Part shown: piece by piece, positions 26,036-36,694 of the stretch
How positions within the stretch are numbered: position 1 is the stretch's first letter
Layout of the letters: every line of letters starts with the position of its first letter
DNA from: Iphione sp. A-MEVVRFRX5
Lineage: Eukaryota
Assembly (NCBI GenBank): GCA_976226885.1
Contig: OZ320313.1
Location: 124,062,001-124,126,000, forward strand
Length of the DNA stretch: 64,000 nucleotides
Direction: 5' to 3'
The notes under the pieces: generated by a model
Database searches by the model: none
What the model saw: only the letters and a program-made list of their open reading frames with translations
Told to the model about the DNA's origin: nothing
Position numbers and translations under genes: made by a program

Positions 26036-26357
26036 GGCCTGAAAAAAAGTTCTGTATTTCCGGTTAGAAGCTGGAAAAACAGAGGGTCGGTAGATCGGTG
26101 ATGTTTTTTTTATTTTCTTTTTTCGAGTGTCAATTCCTACTCCATTATGCTATTATATATGTTCTTCTGATTAGATTTTTATGAAACTAATACCAAATGG
26201 CAGCGCATCATATAACGAATACAATAGTGCATAGTGCATGTCTCTATCTTTATCCTTTGTTAAGATATTCACAAAACAAAAAAATAAAATAAAATCTTCC
26301 ATGAGCACCGAAATAAGGTTTGGTCGGTTTACCAGAGACAGATCTTTTTTCACTGGC
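26036..26357. mobile_element. Non-autonomous TTAA-target TIR element (Kolobok-like MITE)
   Basis: cTAA|GGCCTGAAAAAAAGTTCTGTATTTCCGGTTA at the left; right end reverse-complemented GCCAGTGAAAAAAAGATCTGTCTCTGGTAAACCGACC, followed on the + strand by TTAA (26358-26361). Confidence 0.55.
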
Positions 26358-27239
26358 TTAAGTTTGATAGACATATCACTATAATACATGTGTAACCGTA
26401 ATTACTGCCCCATGAAACCTTAATAAAAGAAAGGGTTGTTCTCTTAAACACAAATGACTGCAAATGAAAACATACCCCCCCCCTGCATTACCCCAGAGTC
26501 AATCTCATGCTAATGAAGTGGTTTAAGCCTTTTCGCCCGAGGCCGCAGCTACCGCACCAGAATTTAATCCATAAGTAAACCCTTAGGTCCATTATCCAGA
26601 CTAATTTAAGTACCGGGTATACGAGGTGAATCCGGACAATTGAGGGCTGCCTGCTTTGCCACTACCTCTCCTTTCACTGGTGAGGTTTTGTACTGTATGT
26701 ATTCATATACATTTATATGACACCTGCTCCCGCCTAACTCTGGTGCATTACACAATAACTTTGACGTCATGAAACAGGGTGATAAATATAAATACCTTTT
26801 CTTATGCTACAATACAAGGAAATCTGTATATCGTCCACATTATTTACGCGAGTGATTACCCTCATCATATTCTGAAACATTTAATGATATTTCAATGTGT
26901 CATTTAATAGATATTATCATGACGTCATTATCATTTTACGTTTTGTGTATTATCTAACATTTTGATCTACAAGGTTCTGTACAGAAAGGCCTAGTTTGGA
27001 TAGGGAAAGAGGGATGATGCTTCAACATCTAAGGAATTCCGTCACTATAATGATCTTTGTGACTGTTTTAAGAGCATGAGATTGATTCCGAATTGTTAAG
27101 GCAGCATGGTTACCTCTTGGTCGTTACTGTTTGAATTCGAATTTGAAAAATTTATTGAGATGTCATATCATTCTTGTACAGAATGTTTTTCCAAAAATGG
27201 GAGCTCAGGTCCACCATTACTACATCATCGTTTATTTTG

Positions 27240-27430
27240 TGGTCTGACTCTTTACAGTTAATATTTTGGCTTATCAGCATTCTCTTAGCAACAACACTAA
27301 ATCTCTTTCGATCTTGATTTATAGCCTCCAACGCAGTCTGTTCCACTCCTTGGCTCCAACATAATATGTACTTTGCTTATATTTCTCCAACCATGGTTTA
27401 TCCACCAGAATTGTTCATCTCATTCCTGAT
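27240..27430 (-). mobile_element. CR1/L2-like LINE, distal end of ORF2 (3' piece, separated by the Harbinger insertion)
   Basis: Minus strand SGMR*TILVDKPWLEKYKQSTYYVGAKEWNRL, typical of the LINE ORF2 C-terminus (LVVP.PRLE.YK.SFSY.GAK.WN.L). It is in frame with the 29391-29880 piece once the insertion is removed. Confidence 0.75.
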
Positions 27431-27811
27431 CAGGCACCGGCTGCTGTAATGTGACCCATTTTTTACAAATTTGAGTCGACCCAGCACTGACCCATAAAAG
27501 TTAAGTTGACTTAAAAGATAAGTTGTGTGAATTATAATCACTTAAGTCGCTTTAGCACTTGCCCATTGCAAAACGCTATGTAATTGGTTAATCCATGTTT
27601 CCCACATGAAATTTGACTTCCAGCATAAATAAAAACGACATGTGTAGTAGTAGTATATAAAGAGTTACTCACCCTGAGTGCTGTCATTTGTGATATTTCA
27701 ATTTGCTCACCGACAAGAAACAATTTCCATCATCAAGCAAACATGCCCACTCCCAGGAAATGACCCTCATCTGACACCGACAATGATTAAGATATCGAGC
27801 AAATCAATTCC

Positions 27812-27964
27812 AGAGCCAAGAATTGGTCAATGAATGATTCATTCTTGGCCATCAGACTTGTTTATAAGTACAAGTTACAGAATGCTCACACGTTCAATGG
27901 TCCAGGGGCCAAAGGAAGGCGAGATGCTGCATGGAAGAAGTGCAAAGAAGAGTTTGTCCAGTAG
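27812..27964 (+). pseudogene. Harbinger-associated Myb/SANT-like DNA-binding protein, N-terminal remnant
   Basis: RAKNWSMNDSFLAIRLVYKYKLQNAHTFNGPGAKGRRDAAWKKCKEEFVQ* matches the RAKNF...L..LV..YK......K..AW..I.EEF pattern of Myb_DNA-bind_5/MSANTD domains. Confidence 0.7.
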
Positions 27965-28009
27965 ATGCCCTTTTATTTGTTTTTTTTAATATTTTGTGAT
28001 ACGTGATAT

Positions 28010-28310
28010 GCAATGTGTAATTTGTATTAAATAGGCCCAAAACATATTTGTTGTAAAATGTTGCTTCCATATTGTGTCGTACCTTGTGTGGAATTTAGGG
28101 GCCACATATATAATTATTCAGTTGTGTTTGATGACTTTCTGTGGTTCATGATACATAGGATATAATACATAGTGTGTAATGCGCAAGGCATAATTTGTAT
28201 AAAATATGTCCAAATATGTTTGCTGCCCTGTCAAATGTGGCCTCCATGTCATGTCATATCTTGTACGGAATTTTATGGGCACACATATAATTAAGCAGTT
28301 GTGTTTGGGC
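28010..28310. repeat. Diverged tandem duplication (~175 bp period) inside the Harbinger element
   Basis: Two copies of ...TAATTTGTAT...AAATGT.GC.TCCAT...GGAATTT...CACA.ATATAATT...CAGTTGTGTTTG at ~28010-28135 and ~28183-28310. Confidence 0.7.
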
Positions 28311-28696
28311 GAGATAAGAAAAGGGCACAGCCTTATGCACAGGGGTCTGGACCATTCAATGATCTATTGGACAGTAAATGTTTGACGATGAAGTGTGCCT
28401 TAAAAATTAAAAAGATAAAGAGTCATAATTTCGCTAGTATCACAGCATACCATTCAGTATATTGTATACAGTAGTTTGAAAAGCAGTATATGGTAAAAAA
28501 CTATGCATTCCGCATTCTGCATTACACACTACACATTTCGTATATTATTGTTTACCAAAGATTGAAAGGATTATGCTTTTGGTGACTAGCTATAGTTTCT
28601 TACGACCTTACAGGTTGTGTATTACCCATTACATATGATGTGTTGCAAATCACACATCAAGTATGACAAATAAAAAAATTAAAGAAAAAATAACAA

Positions 28697-29073
28697 ATAC
28701 AGCACCTGTGGCGAGGTAGCACAGAAAAAGGATCATCTGCAGCAGTGGTGTCAATGCAGGATCCCTTCGTCACTGTTGCTGCAACTGCTGGGGTCACATA
28801 ATCAACCATCCGGTACAGGGAGGGGAAAAGTCAATATTTTTCCCTCACCTCCTTCTCCCTCAAGTATTCCAGGGGATTCTGACGATCAGACAACCTCCTC
28901 TCCATGAATCCTTGCCCATAGTAGTGCCTATCATGGTGGATAGCATTGAAATCCACCAGTTCCTCTCCCAGTGCCTCGTAGTCTTCATCACTGGCATTCT
29001 CAACATTGTCTCTAAAGACTTCCCTAGGAGGGGCAATGGCACCTTCAACATTCCAATCAAGAGCAATCTCCAT
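28697..29073 (-). pseudogene. Harbinger (HARBI1-like, DDE_Tnp_4 family) transposase N-terminal remnant
   Basis: ...RRLSDRQNPLEYLREKEVREKY*L...LYRMVDYVTP / ALTPLLQMILFLCYLATGA matches the R.NPL....D.E...RYR...L..L....ALSP..Q...LRYLATG pattern. One TGA and a frameshift; the catalytic DDE region is absent. Confidence 0.8.
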
Positions 29074-29390
29074 TTTGAACCTTCCTCTATGCCTGACAGA
29101 GTGAGACTGATGCCCTACCACCACCCCCAGCCAGCACTTAAGTCATGACCTACTTTCCTAAACCTCTCCCTGGGGTGGGTTTAGAAAAAGTAGGACACTC
29201 CTGGGAAAATGGGTGACTTAAATCATTTTAAGATGTTACAGCAGACAGCATTACCCTTAAGTTGACTTAAGTGAGGTTAAAACTCGACTTAGTTTGTTAC
29301 CTTTAGCTGCACTAAAAGTTAGGTTGACCTAAGTCACTGACTAACTCGATGTTACTCGATCTAATTCAATGTTACGGCAGCCGGTGCCTG

Positions 29391-29880
29391 GTTCTACCCT
29401 TAGCATCAGAACTACAAAAAGATAACAAGTACAAATCATTAATAACTTGAAGTAATCCTAATCTTCTTCTACCCCAGACATCTAATTTAGAGTTCCTATG
29501 TAACCAACTGTTGATTTTTACCCTACTATACCAGAAGTTCATAATGCTACCCCTCACGGCCCTGTTCCAAGCTGACTCTAGCCTCCCGGGATCCAGCCTC
29601 TCTATCCCCTGAGTTACCCACAATCCGTAGTCCAGTTGTGGTGTAATTAATGAAACAAACGTTTTTTCATCAACCCCCTACCTAATGTATGCCTCAGCCG
29701 CCTTAACAAAAAAGTCAAGCTACCCATTTTCTTGATCTCCTCATTCAAAAACCGTTTAAAATTGAGCCTACTATCAAACGTTATACCTAGAAAGGAGAAC
29801 TCATCAACATGACTTATTTTAATATTCTCAACTATATTCTCAAAAACTGTTAAGCACTGATCTCTGGGGTGCTGCAAGGG
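29391..29880 (-). mobile_element. CR1/L2-like LINE reverse transcriptase C-terminal fragment
   Basis: ISHVDEFSFLGITFDSRLNFKRFLNEEIKKMGSLTFLLRRLRHTL (the V..F.FLGI.FD..L.F thumb motif), then VTQGIERL...NRAVR.IMNF...LDVWGRRRLGLLQVI. Frameshifted. Confidence 0.85.
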
Positions 29881-32781
29881 GGGGTATGTTTTTATTTGCA
29901 GTGATTAACACCGATAACACCGGTTCAAGCGAACCCTCCAAATCCTTTTTGTTATGGGTTTAGTTTGACAAATAGGAAAGGGGGTATAAGCCTCCGTTTT
30001 ATAACACCAGCAATGGATGTGGCGAAAACTTCCTCAGCCAGGAATGTTACTTTTTAGCAGACAGTTGCAGGACAATTTAATCTTTGAAGCCATGGAATTC
30101 ACTAAATCTAAACTTCACTCTGATAACACATCAGCAAGTTATTATTCGATTACTGGTAACAGTAGGTTATGAGAACCTTCTAGAAAATACCACAATGTCA
30201 TTATATAAAAAGGGTATTTTCTCATTGTTTGATAAATTTCCTTTGAAATATCCTTTGCTTATAAAGACTGTTAAGGTGATTAGATTACTGTCTACGTCTG
30301 CCATGCAGTAATAGACAGTTGTGGTATAGATTATTACATATTAAACTTACTTCTTATATCCCTTTGATGTTTTAAGATAACATGTATATGAAACATCCGT
30401 GTCTCTATCATGCAGCAATCTAAGGCCCAAAACGCATGTTTCCAGTAACATATTGAAGAAATATAGGGTCAGTAGGGAAGACAGTATTTTCCAAGCTTTG
30501 TATAACGTCACTTCTACGACTAGGACTTTAATGAAATATCATATGAATGGTAGTGATCCTAGAAACAAAATGATGTATTGTTTGAATCTGTAGCATTATT
30601 GAAGCGTAAGATATTGGCAAAACTAATTATTTCAAAATGTCCCAAGGCCCAACATCCAAATATTTCTTAAATGAAGCGTCATCTCAACACCTGGAATTGG
30701 GTAGGGTTGGGTTGGGTAGGATAGGATCAGGTTGTGGCATGGCTAAACCTCTTTGTCTCCACATATGTGCATGTGTTTGGGCAAGATGTTAGGCCAGCTT
30801 CCATTCATGCATTTTTGTGTTGCGTGTTTATTGTGCTGCATCATGGTCACACATATGAATGCAGGATGGGGTGTCTTTTTACTTAGATAAATATGTAGAA
30901 ATGTGCACAAATATCTACGACAATTCAGCCATAATTGTGTAGTACTTATATGAAAATTTAATCAAAATGAGCAATAGCTCTTGAAACTTTGGTTTCTATG
31001 CTAATGATTTGCAAATTAAGTACGTTCAAACTGGAAAATTCCAAGTCCCGGCCCCCTTCCTCCATCGCTGCAGTCCTATAATGGGTCTGTGAGTCAATGC
31101 ATGGCCAAGTAAATAACTGGAATGGAGGCGTCGTGAGAAAGCCGCCGTCCCACATATCAGATGTGTCTGAGGTAAATAAACGGCTACCCACTAACTTTGG
31201 TCTTGGCTATAAATACATTACCTCTCCTTCAATCAACATGTTGTTTATTGTTAGTGACACTACGAAGATATGTGCCGGTAATTCCACCATGCGTGAAAGT
31301 CGGTAGTCGGGACAAATATTATGTGATCCATATACGTTACTTTGTTCAAGATGAGATGTAAAGCTAATCATTTCACACATATAATGTCAACTTCTCTTCA
31401 GTGGTCATCGAGCGTTTCAAGCCTGGCCGTCAGCTGTGGAGTTGTAGATATGACTTTGTCAGATATTTAAAGGCGAACATGTATGATCATGTTACAGATG
31501 CTCACATGAATATATGTACTCTCATTTTAAGGGATGGAATTAACGCTTCCTGGTTTTCTTACCAATGCTCATATGAGACAGCTCCCTCAGTGTCTTTAGG
31601 AAAGAAGTGAAAACACATGCCTCAATGCCTTAGAAAGGGATGGGCAGTCATGAAAGGCACACATTTATAGCGTTCCGAGCGGATGCCTTTAAGGCATTTA
31701 TTTAATACACACGCCCAGTAGGCCGCTGCCAGATTCCAGTATGTATTTTCCTCTTGATGGATAAACACAATAAAATATGATAAATTTCGAATATATACCA
31801 GGATGGAGTAAGAATACAGGGTCATGCCATAGGTAGACCATATAATTAGACATAAATCTAATGGCTATAACTGGGGTGAGTCAGGAGAATTGATGAAAAA
31901 AGGGAAGAAAAGGTAGGGGAGTGGGGATGAGGTCTCCCCCAACATCAAGTAAAGAGAAAATATATTTTAAAGCAAAGTCAAACTGCAAAATTAAATCGCA
32001 ACGATAGTTCAACTAATCTATCAAGGGCTTTGGTCACTTTGAGCTTTGAAGTGCCAGCACAAGTGAGAGTCATCCACTTTGTGGCATTGACACCATATGA
32101 CCAGCTCTCTGAGACACACAGACAAGTGGTAACAGGGTGATTTGGTCACTTTATGGTTTGGTCACTTATGGCATTGAAATACATAGGTTATTGTGTGCTA
32201 CAAATTTAGTTCTAAAGACAGTTACCTATTATGAGGGTTTGAGCGATAACCGTTGAAATCACAGCATCCAAGGCTACGCTAGAATGACAGCGATTCTGAA
32301 TAATCACTACATGGTCTTGACAACCAAACATATGTTAGTTCAGCTACATTCCACCAGATGTCCCGCTACTACAATTGAGATATCCAGTCGCCACTTAAGT
32401 TGTAGTGTGAAGAAGCTCTCACACGAGAGGCAATCTTATGCGATATAGGACAATCAATATTGCAAAATATTTAGGGGTAAAAACCCTCAACATAAATGCA
32501 CAGAGGCAGGCATCACGTGTATAGGGCATATTGTACAAAACCACTTCATTTCATTTGAAGATTTTGAGACTAAATACAATAGATTCCAATTTGCTAATCT
32601 GTGTTCCGTCGTGGCAGTATGTACAGAAAGTCAAAGCAGAACCAGGCCAAATGAAAGAAGCTGCTCTCTCTTACAACATTAACGGGTGTCACGAGCAATA
32701 TTTGGTATTTACGTGACAAACAAATAAATGGGTCATTACTCTCTTGTAAAAGAAAAATCTGAAGCAGCAGAGTAGGTATAC

Positions 32782-32940
32782 CATGCCTGTAGCCAAGGGG
32801 GTATCGGGGGTATCGTCTGATACCCCCCAGAGCAATTAATATCTATTGGGCTTTATAGGGATAGAAAAAAATAGTTCTACCCCTGTGGTATCAGGGGTAT
32901 CATCTGATACCCCCAAGAAAACTTCCTGGTTACAGGCTTG
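32782..32940. mobile_element. 159-bp MITE with CA.GCCTGTA.CCA TIRs and 5-bp flanking direct repeat TATAC
   Basis: TATAC|CATGCCTGTAGCCAAGG ... CCTGGTTACAGGCTTG|TATAC. The internal unit GGTATC.GGGGTATC.TCTGATACCCCC occurs twice. Confidence 0.7.
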
Positions 32941-33851
32941 TATACTGGTCAAACTTAATGGCCAATTTATTTGATATTCAATCCGGCTTTTAAAAAAAGC
33001 AAAGCAAGTATCTGCTTATCTATGGGAAATTTTACATATTCCGCTTGAGGTTATTAGCGAGTGGCTACTACGACTTGGTTTTAAAAATTTAAAAACAATT
33101 TCGTTAACAGAAAGAACCGTGTGGTATCTCAAAATCAACCTTCAGAATTCCAAGTCTGAGAATATGTCTTTGATGATGTATAACGCTGCTCTTAGTTGAA
33201 TACGTCAACTCTTTTTACTTATATTTTCATGTTCTTCGTAAATCTCTCCGTTGAATCGTTTCGCTGTTTTCTCTTTTCCTTCTGTTCAATCAACAAAAAG
33301 CATCAAGGAAATGAATTGTACCTTCAATCAGAAATAAATTGGTTGGTACCTTTAAAAAACTTTAGTTGTAGCATTGTAGCAACTTTTATTATGCATTTAT
33401 ATTTGAATTCCAGATATCATGCAGAAAATTAACAGAGTTATAGTATCAGTCATAGATAGCATTCCACTTCTGGGAATAACCTGGTAAAGACCTAATCATA
33501 AAACCAAAATATATAGCCAAGCATTTTCCTGTACATTATCCGTAAAGAGGAGACCGATGGGGGAGATCAAGCCATAGAGCAGTCCAAACTTTTCAGTACC
33601 TATTAACCAAAATGGGAAGACACTAAAGGGGTTCTGCCCATACCTTGGAATGTGTAACTAAAAACTTAATCTATTGGAAGTGGTCATCTTTCAATAGGAA
33701 AGAAGGGAGAGTTAAGAAAAAAGAATGTATTCAATAACACCTTGTTGTTGGGGGGAACTAAACAGCAGGGGAGACCAAAATTTGTTCACTACCAAGCTTG
33801 GTTGCCCTCTCAGGTTCTGACAGTATGTAGCTTAGCAGAATACCAGTATTA

Positions 33852-33940
33852 CAGTTAGACCTCTCTAATCAGGTCACCCTGGGTTCTTCCTCAATTCGTC
33901 CACATTGTAGAGGTGTCCTGATTGGAGAAGCAGTCAGTAG
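33852..33940. mobile_element. Short copy or left end of the CAGT...ACTG/TA MITE family
   Basis: TA|CAGTTAGACCTCTCTAATCAGGTCACC...GGTTCTTCCTCAATTCGTCCACATT..AGAGGTGTCCTGATT; shares its core with 34320-34491. Confidence 0.5.
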
Positions 33941-34127
33941 TATAGGAAATGAAATAACAACAGACTTTAATATACAGATATGTGTTTTTATTATTCAAAA
34001 CATAGTTAAATAATGGAAAATAATGGAATATTACAATAAATTAGAACAAATACATAAAAGTGGAATAATTTACATACAAATGCAATTATTTCTTGTATCT
34101 CAAAATTCATAAGGTTCAAAAAAGTGC

Positions 34128-34300
34128 TGATTTCAAGGTGTGAGAGACATCAGAGAGGTCGTTGTTGACACCCCCGGTGGTTATAGACTGCTAATTGGCA
34201 GGTTTAGACCACAAATTAGGGGGGTTTAAACTGTGAATAGGTGGGTTTAGACTGATTTCAAGGTGTGAATTCACATTTCAAGGTGCAAATTCACACAAAA
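34128..34300 (+). repeat. Internal fragment of the GGTGTGAG.TACATCAGAGAGGTCGC dispersed repeat family
   Basis: GGTGTGAGAGACATCAGAGAGGTCG...AATTGGCAGGTTTAGAC...AATAGGTGGGTTTA matches the reverse complement of 58880-59120. Confidence 0.7.
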
Positions 34301-34319
34301 ACATGTACACAGGCTTGAA

Positions 34320-34491
34320 GCTCTACCCTTTGAGGGTGTCCACAGGGAGAAGCTCTCCTAAAATGGGTGTCCTGATTAGGGAGGTCCTCTTATAATGCTT
34401 AACTATAGGAAACATTTTGGTTCTTCTCCAAATCGTCCACATTTCGGAGGTGTCCTTATCCCAGAGGTGTCCACAAGGGGAAGTCCTACTG
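34320..34491. mobile_element. Right portion of a CAGT...ACTG/TA MITE
   Basis: Repeated GGTGTCC units, ending GAGGTGTCCACAAGGGGAAGTCCTACTG|TA. Confidence 0.6.
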
Positions 34492-35199
34492 TATATCACT
34501 CTTCTAACATACATATGTATTTTCTTGAAATGTTGCTATTTTCACTGTGTACACTAGTACAGTCCTATCATTCTGGACCCTACGTTTGTGTCTTCCTTTC
34601 AAATGATTTGTTTTTCAAATGATTTGTTTTGAAAGCTTTATTTTATAAGCGGCATACTGACAGATCTGGATTGTCCAGTTTCAAGAGTGGGCAGATACCT
34701 ATAATTGAACAGACTCAACTAAGTGTCCCACACTGGGCCCTCTCCCAGACATTGATGATGAGAATGTTCGATGGAGATCTTGCACCAGAACAAAGGACAC
34801 CATTTGAAATGAAGAAGGTGTCTTTGGAAGATTATTTCGACAGAGGCTGAAAGTTTAAGCTGCAATATAATGCAGCCTCAGCGCATGATGGCATGGGGCC
34901 CCTTCCTCCTGGTGGGCCTGGTATCCAGCATGGTGGGGTGAACAGTTGGCCTTATCTGGTAAGTTCTCAGTGGAAGCATGTGGCCAGCTCAGACCGACTC
35001 AGAGTGCACACAGCCTGCTTTCTACACTACATGTGTTTCAACAGCTGCCTATAGAGGTCTTAAACACTGTAAGTTGGTCTGACTTCCACTGAAAACTGAT
35101 GCAGTGTTCTTTTTTATGGGAAGGTGATTTTGCATTTATGTCCTGTATCAATTGGTTGGACACATTTTTGTAAATATATTTGCATTTTACCAAGAACTA

Positions 35200-35527
35200 G
35201 AAAGATATTCAGCTGATTTTTTAGCTGTTCTTCCATATCCTCCTGAGGTAGCATACTAATACCTTTTAGTAAGAATTGAGAATGCAGACTATACAGGATT
35301 GCCCCCTACTCTTATTTCAAACAGGCTTATGGGATCTTTTTGTGCATAGGGGACAAAATCTTATACACCCACAACCTTTGCTACAAGTTGTGGACAACCC
35401 TAGGTTAGGGCTACAGTAAATCTGTCTGGTCATAATCAAGAGTCCTGGGCCCAGGATTGAACCTGCAACCTCTAGAGCAATAGACCAGTGCTAGTCAGCA
35501 CTCTTACCAACTGAGCTAACTCCCTGC
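35200..35527 (-). mobile_element. tRNA-derived SINE with Deu/Nin-like conserved core
   Basis: Minus strand head GGGAGTTAGCTCAGTTGGTAAGAGTGCTGACT...GCAGGTTCAATCCTGGGCCC (A and B boxes, 35447-35527). Core GCACAAAAAGATCCCATAAGCCTGTTTGAAATAAGAGTAGGGG (~35295-35345) resembles the Deu-domain consensus GCAC.TAAAGATCCCATGGCAC..TT...AAGAG.AGGGG. The 3' boundary is approximate. Confidence 0.75.
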
Positions 35528-35731
35528 CCAAGAGAGCTAGATTCGATCTTGAAAATATGATTTCGATTTTGATCTAAATATCAAGCAATCCTATTTTTAT
35601 GGGGTCGGCCCACTCAATAAAATCCGGGCTGAGTGTACAGTTAAAATGACATCCTCGGTAGGACTTGCATCAGTTTAGATTTTATCCACCAGATGACAGT
35701 AGTGGGCATTCAACCAAACCAACAGTGCGTA

Positions 35732-36291
35732 CAGTTGAGTCCCTATTTCCGACCAGAGGTCAGGTCCGAGCTCAAATGGTTGGAATTTCTCAAGAATGGT
35801 TGGAAATCGATTGATTGACAAAACTCAGGCAAGTTCATCCGAAAATTGCCATTTTCCACTGTTTCAATCATTATTCCAGGTGTGAGATACATCAGGGAGG
35901 TCGCGGTTAACACTCCTGGCCTCTCCCAACCAGCCCCTCAAGGGTGTGAGAGACATCAGAGAGGTGGCAGTTAACAACCTCGGTCTCGATCTCTCTACCA
36001 CTATTTCAATCATTATTCCAGGTGTGAGGTACACCAGAGAGGTCGCGGCAAACACTCCTGGCCTCTTCTGACCAGCCCCTCCAGGGTGACGGTTGCTAAT
36101 CGATAGTAAAATAAACCAGAATTGATCTTTTATCGATTGGTCATAGGGTAAGAATGGTCGGAAATCAATATGGTGGTAAATCAATAATCAATCATATAGG
36201 ATATGTATAAAGAATTTCTGTTCCGAACTCAAATGGTTGTAATAGCCCGTTTGGTCGGAAATTACCAAGGTCGATAATCGAGACTCTACTG
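35732..36291. mobile_element. 560-bp pogo-type MITE with internal ~64-bp repeats
   Basis: TA|CAGTTGAGTCCCTATTTCCGACC ... GGTCGATAATCGAGACTCTACTG|TA (TIR about 18/23 identical). Three internal GGTGTGAG..ACA.CAG.GAGGT.GC units at ~35880, ~35943 and ~36020. Confidence 0.8.
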
Positions 36292-36387
36292 TAAGTGTGA
36301 GAACAGTAGCCTTTGAGGTACATTTTGAGAGCCCCAGAGAGGCTCCAGAAGTAATTTTTCAAAGGTAGAAACGAATAACCCCTGTGG

Positions 36388-36563
36388 ACTTTTAGGACTT
36401 TAACTGGTCAAATTCAGTATTTTTTTTACTTTTACTGGTCAAATTCAGTGGTCTTAGGACTTTAACTGGTCAAATTCAGAACTTTTAGGACTTTTACTGT
36501 TCAAATTCAGTACTTTTAGGACTTTTACTGGTCAAATTCAGGACTTTTTGGACCTTAACTGGT
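36388..36563. repeat. Minisatellite, ~31-bp unit, about 6 copies
   Basis: Unit ACTTTTAGGACTTT(A/T)ACTGGTCAAATTCAG repeated head-to-tail with no unique spacers. Confidence 0.9.
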
Positions 36564-36604
36564 TAGAGAGAGAGGGAGAAAGGGATTTCATTTTATAGTT
36601 TGAC

Positions 36605-36694
36605 CCCCCTGTAGCGATCTCCAATGTGGACGCGTCTCAAATGCGGACGGTTTAAAGCAGAATGGAGGGTGTCCGGAATTGAGAGAGTGGACTG
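36605..36694. mobile_element. Right end of another CAGT...ACTG/TA MITE
   Basis: ...GCGGACGGTTT...GGGTGTCCGGAATTGAGAGAGTGGACTG|TA; no matching left end was identified. Confidence 0.5.

Larger units (their letters stand above)
27434..29387. mobile_element. Internally deleted PIF/Harbinger DNA transposon (~1.95 kb) with transposase and Myb/SANT gene remnants
   Basis: TIRs (CAG)GCACCGGCTGCTGTAA at 27431-27449 and TTACGGCAGCCGGTGC(CTG) at 29372-29390, 18/19 identical, with CAG/CTG (CWG) flanks. Contains Harbinger transposase N-terminus on - and Myb-like N-terminus on +, and repeated subterminal (T)TAAG(TT)GACTTAA motifs. Confidence 0.88.

Noticed and set aside
36388-36563. 31-bp repeats considered as a CRISPR array
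   Set aside because: Head-to-tail units with no unique spacers, eukaryotic context, no cas genes.
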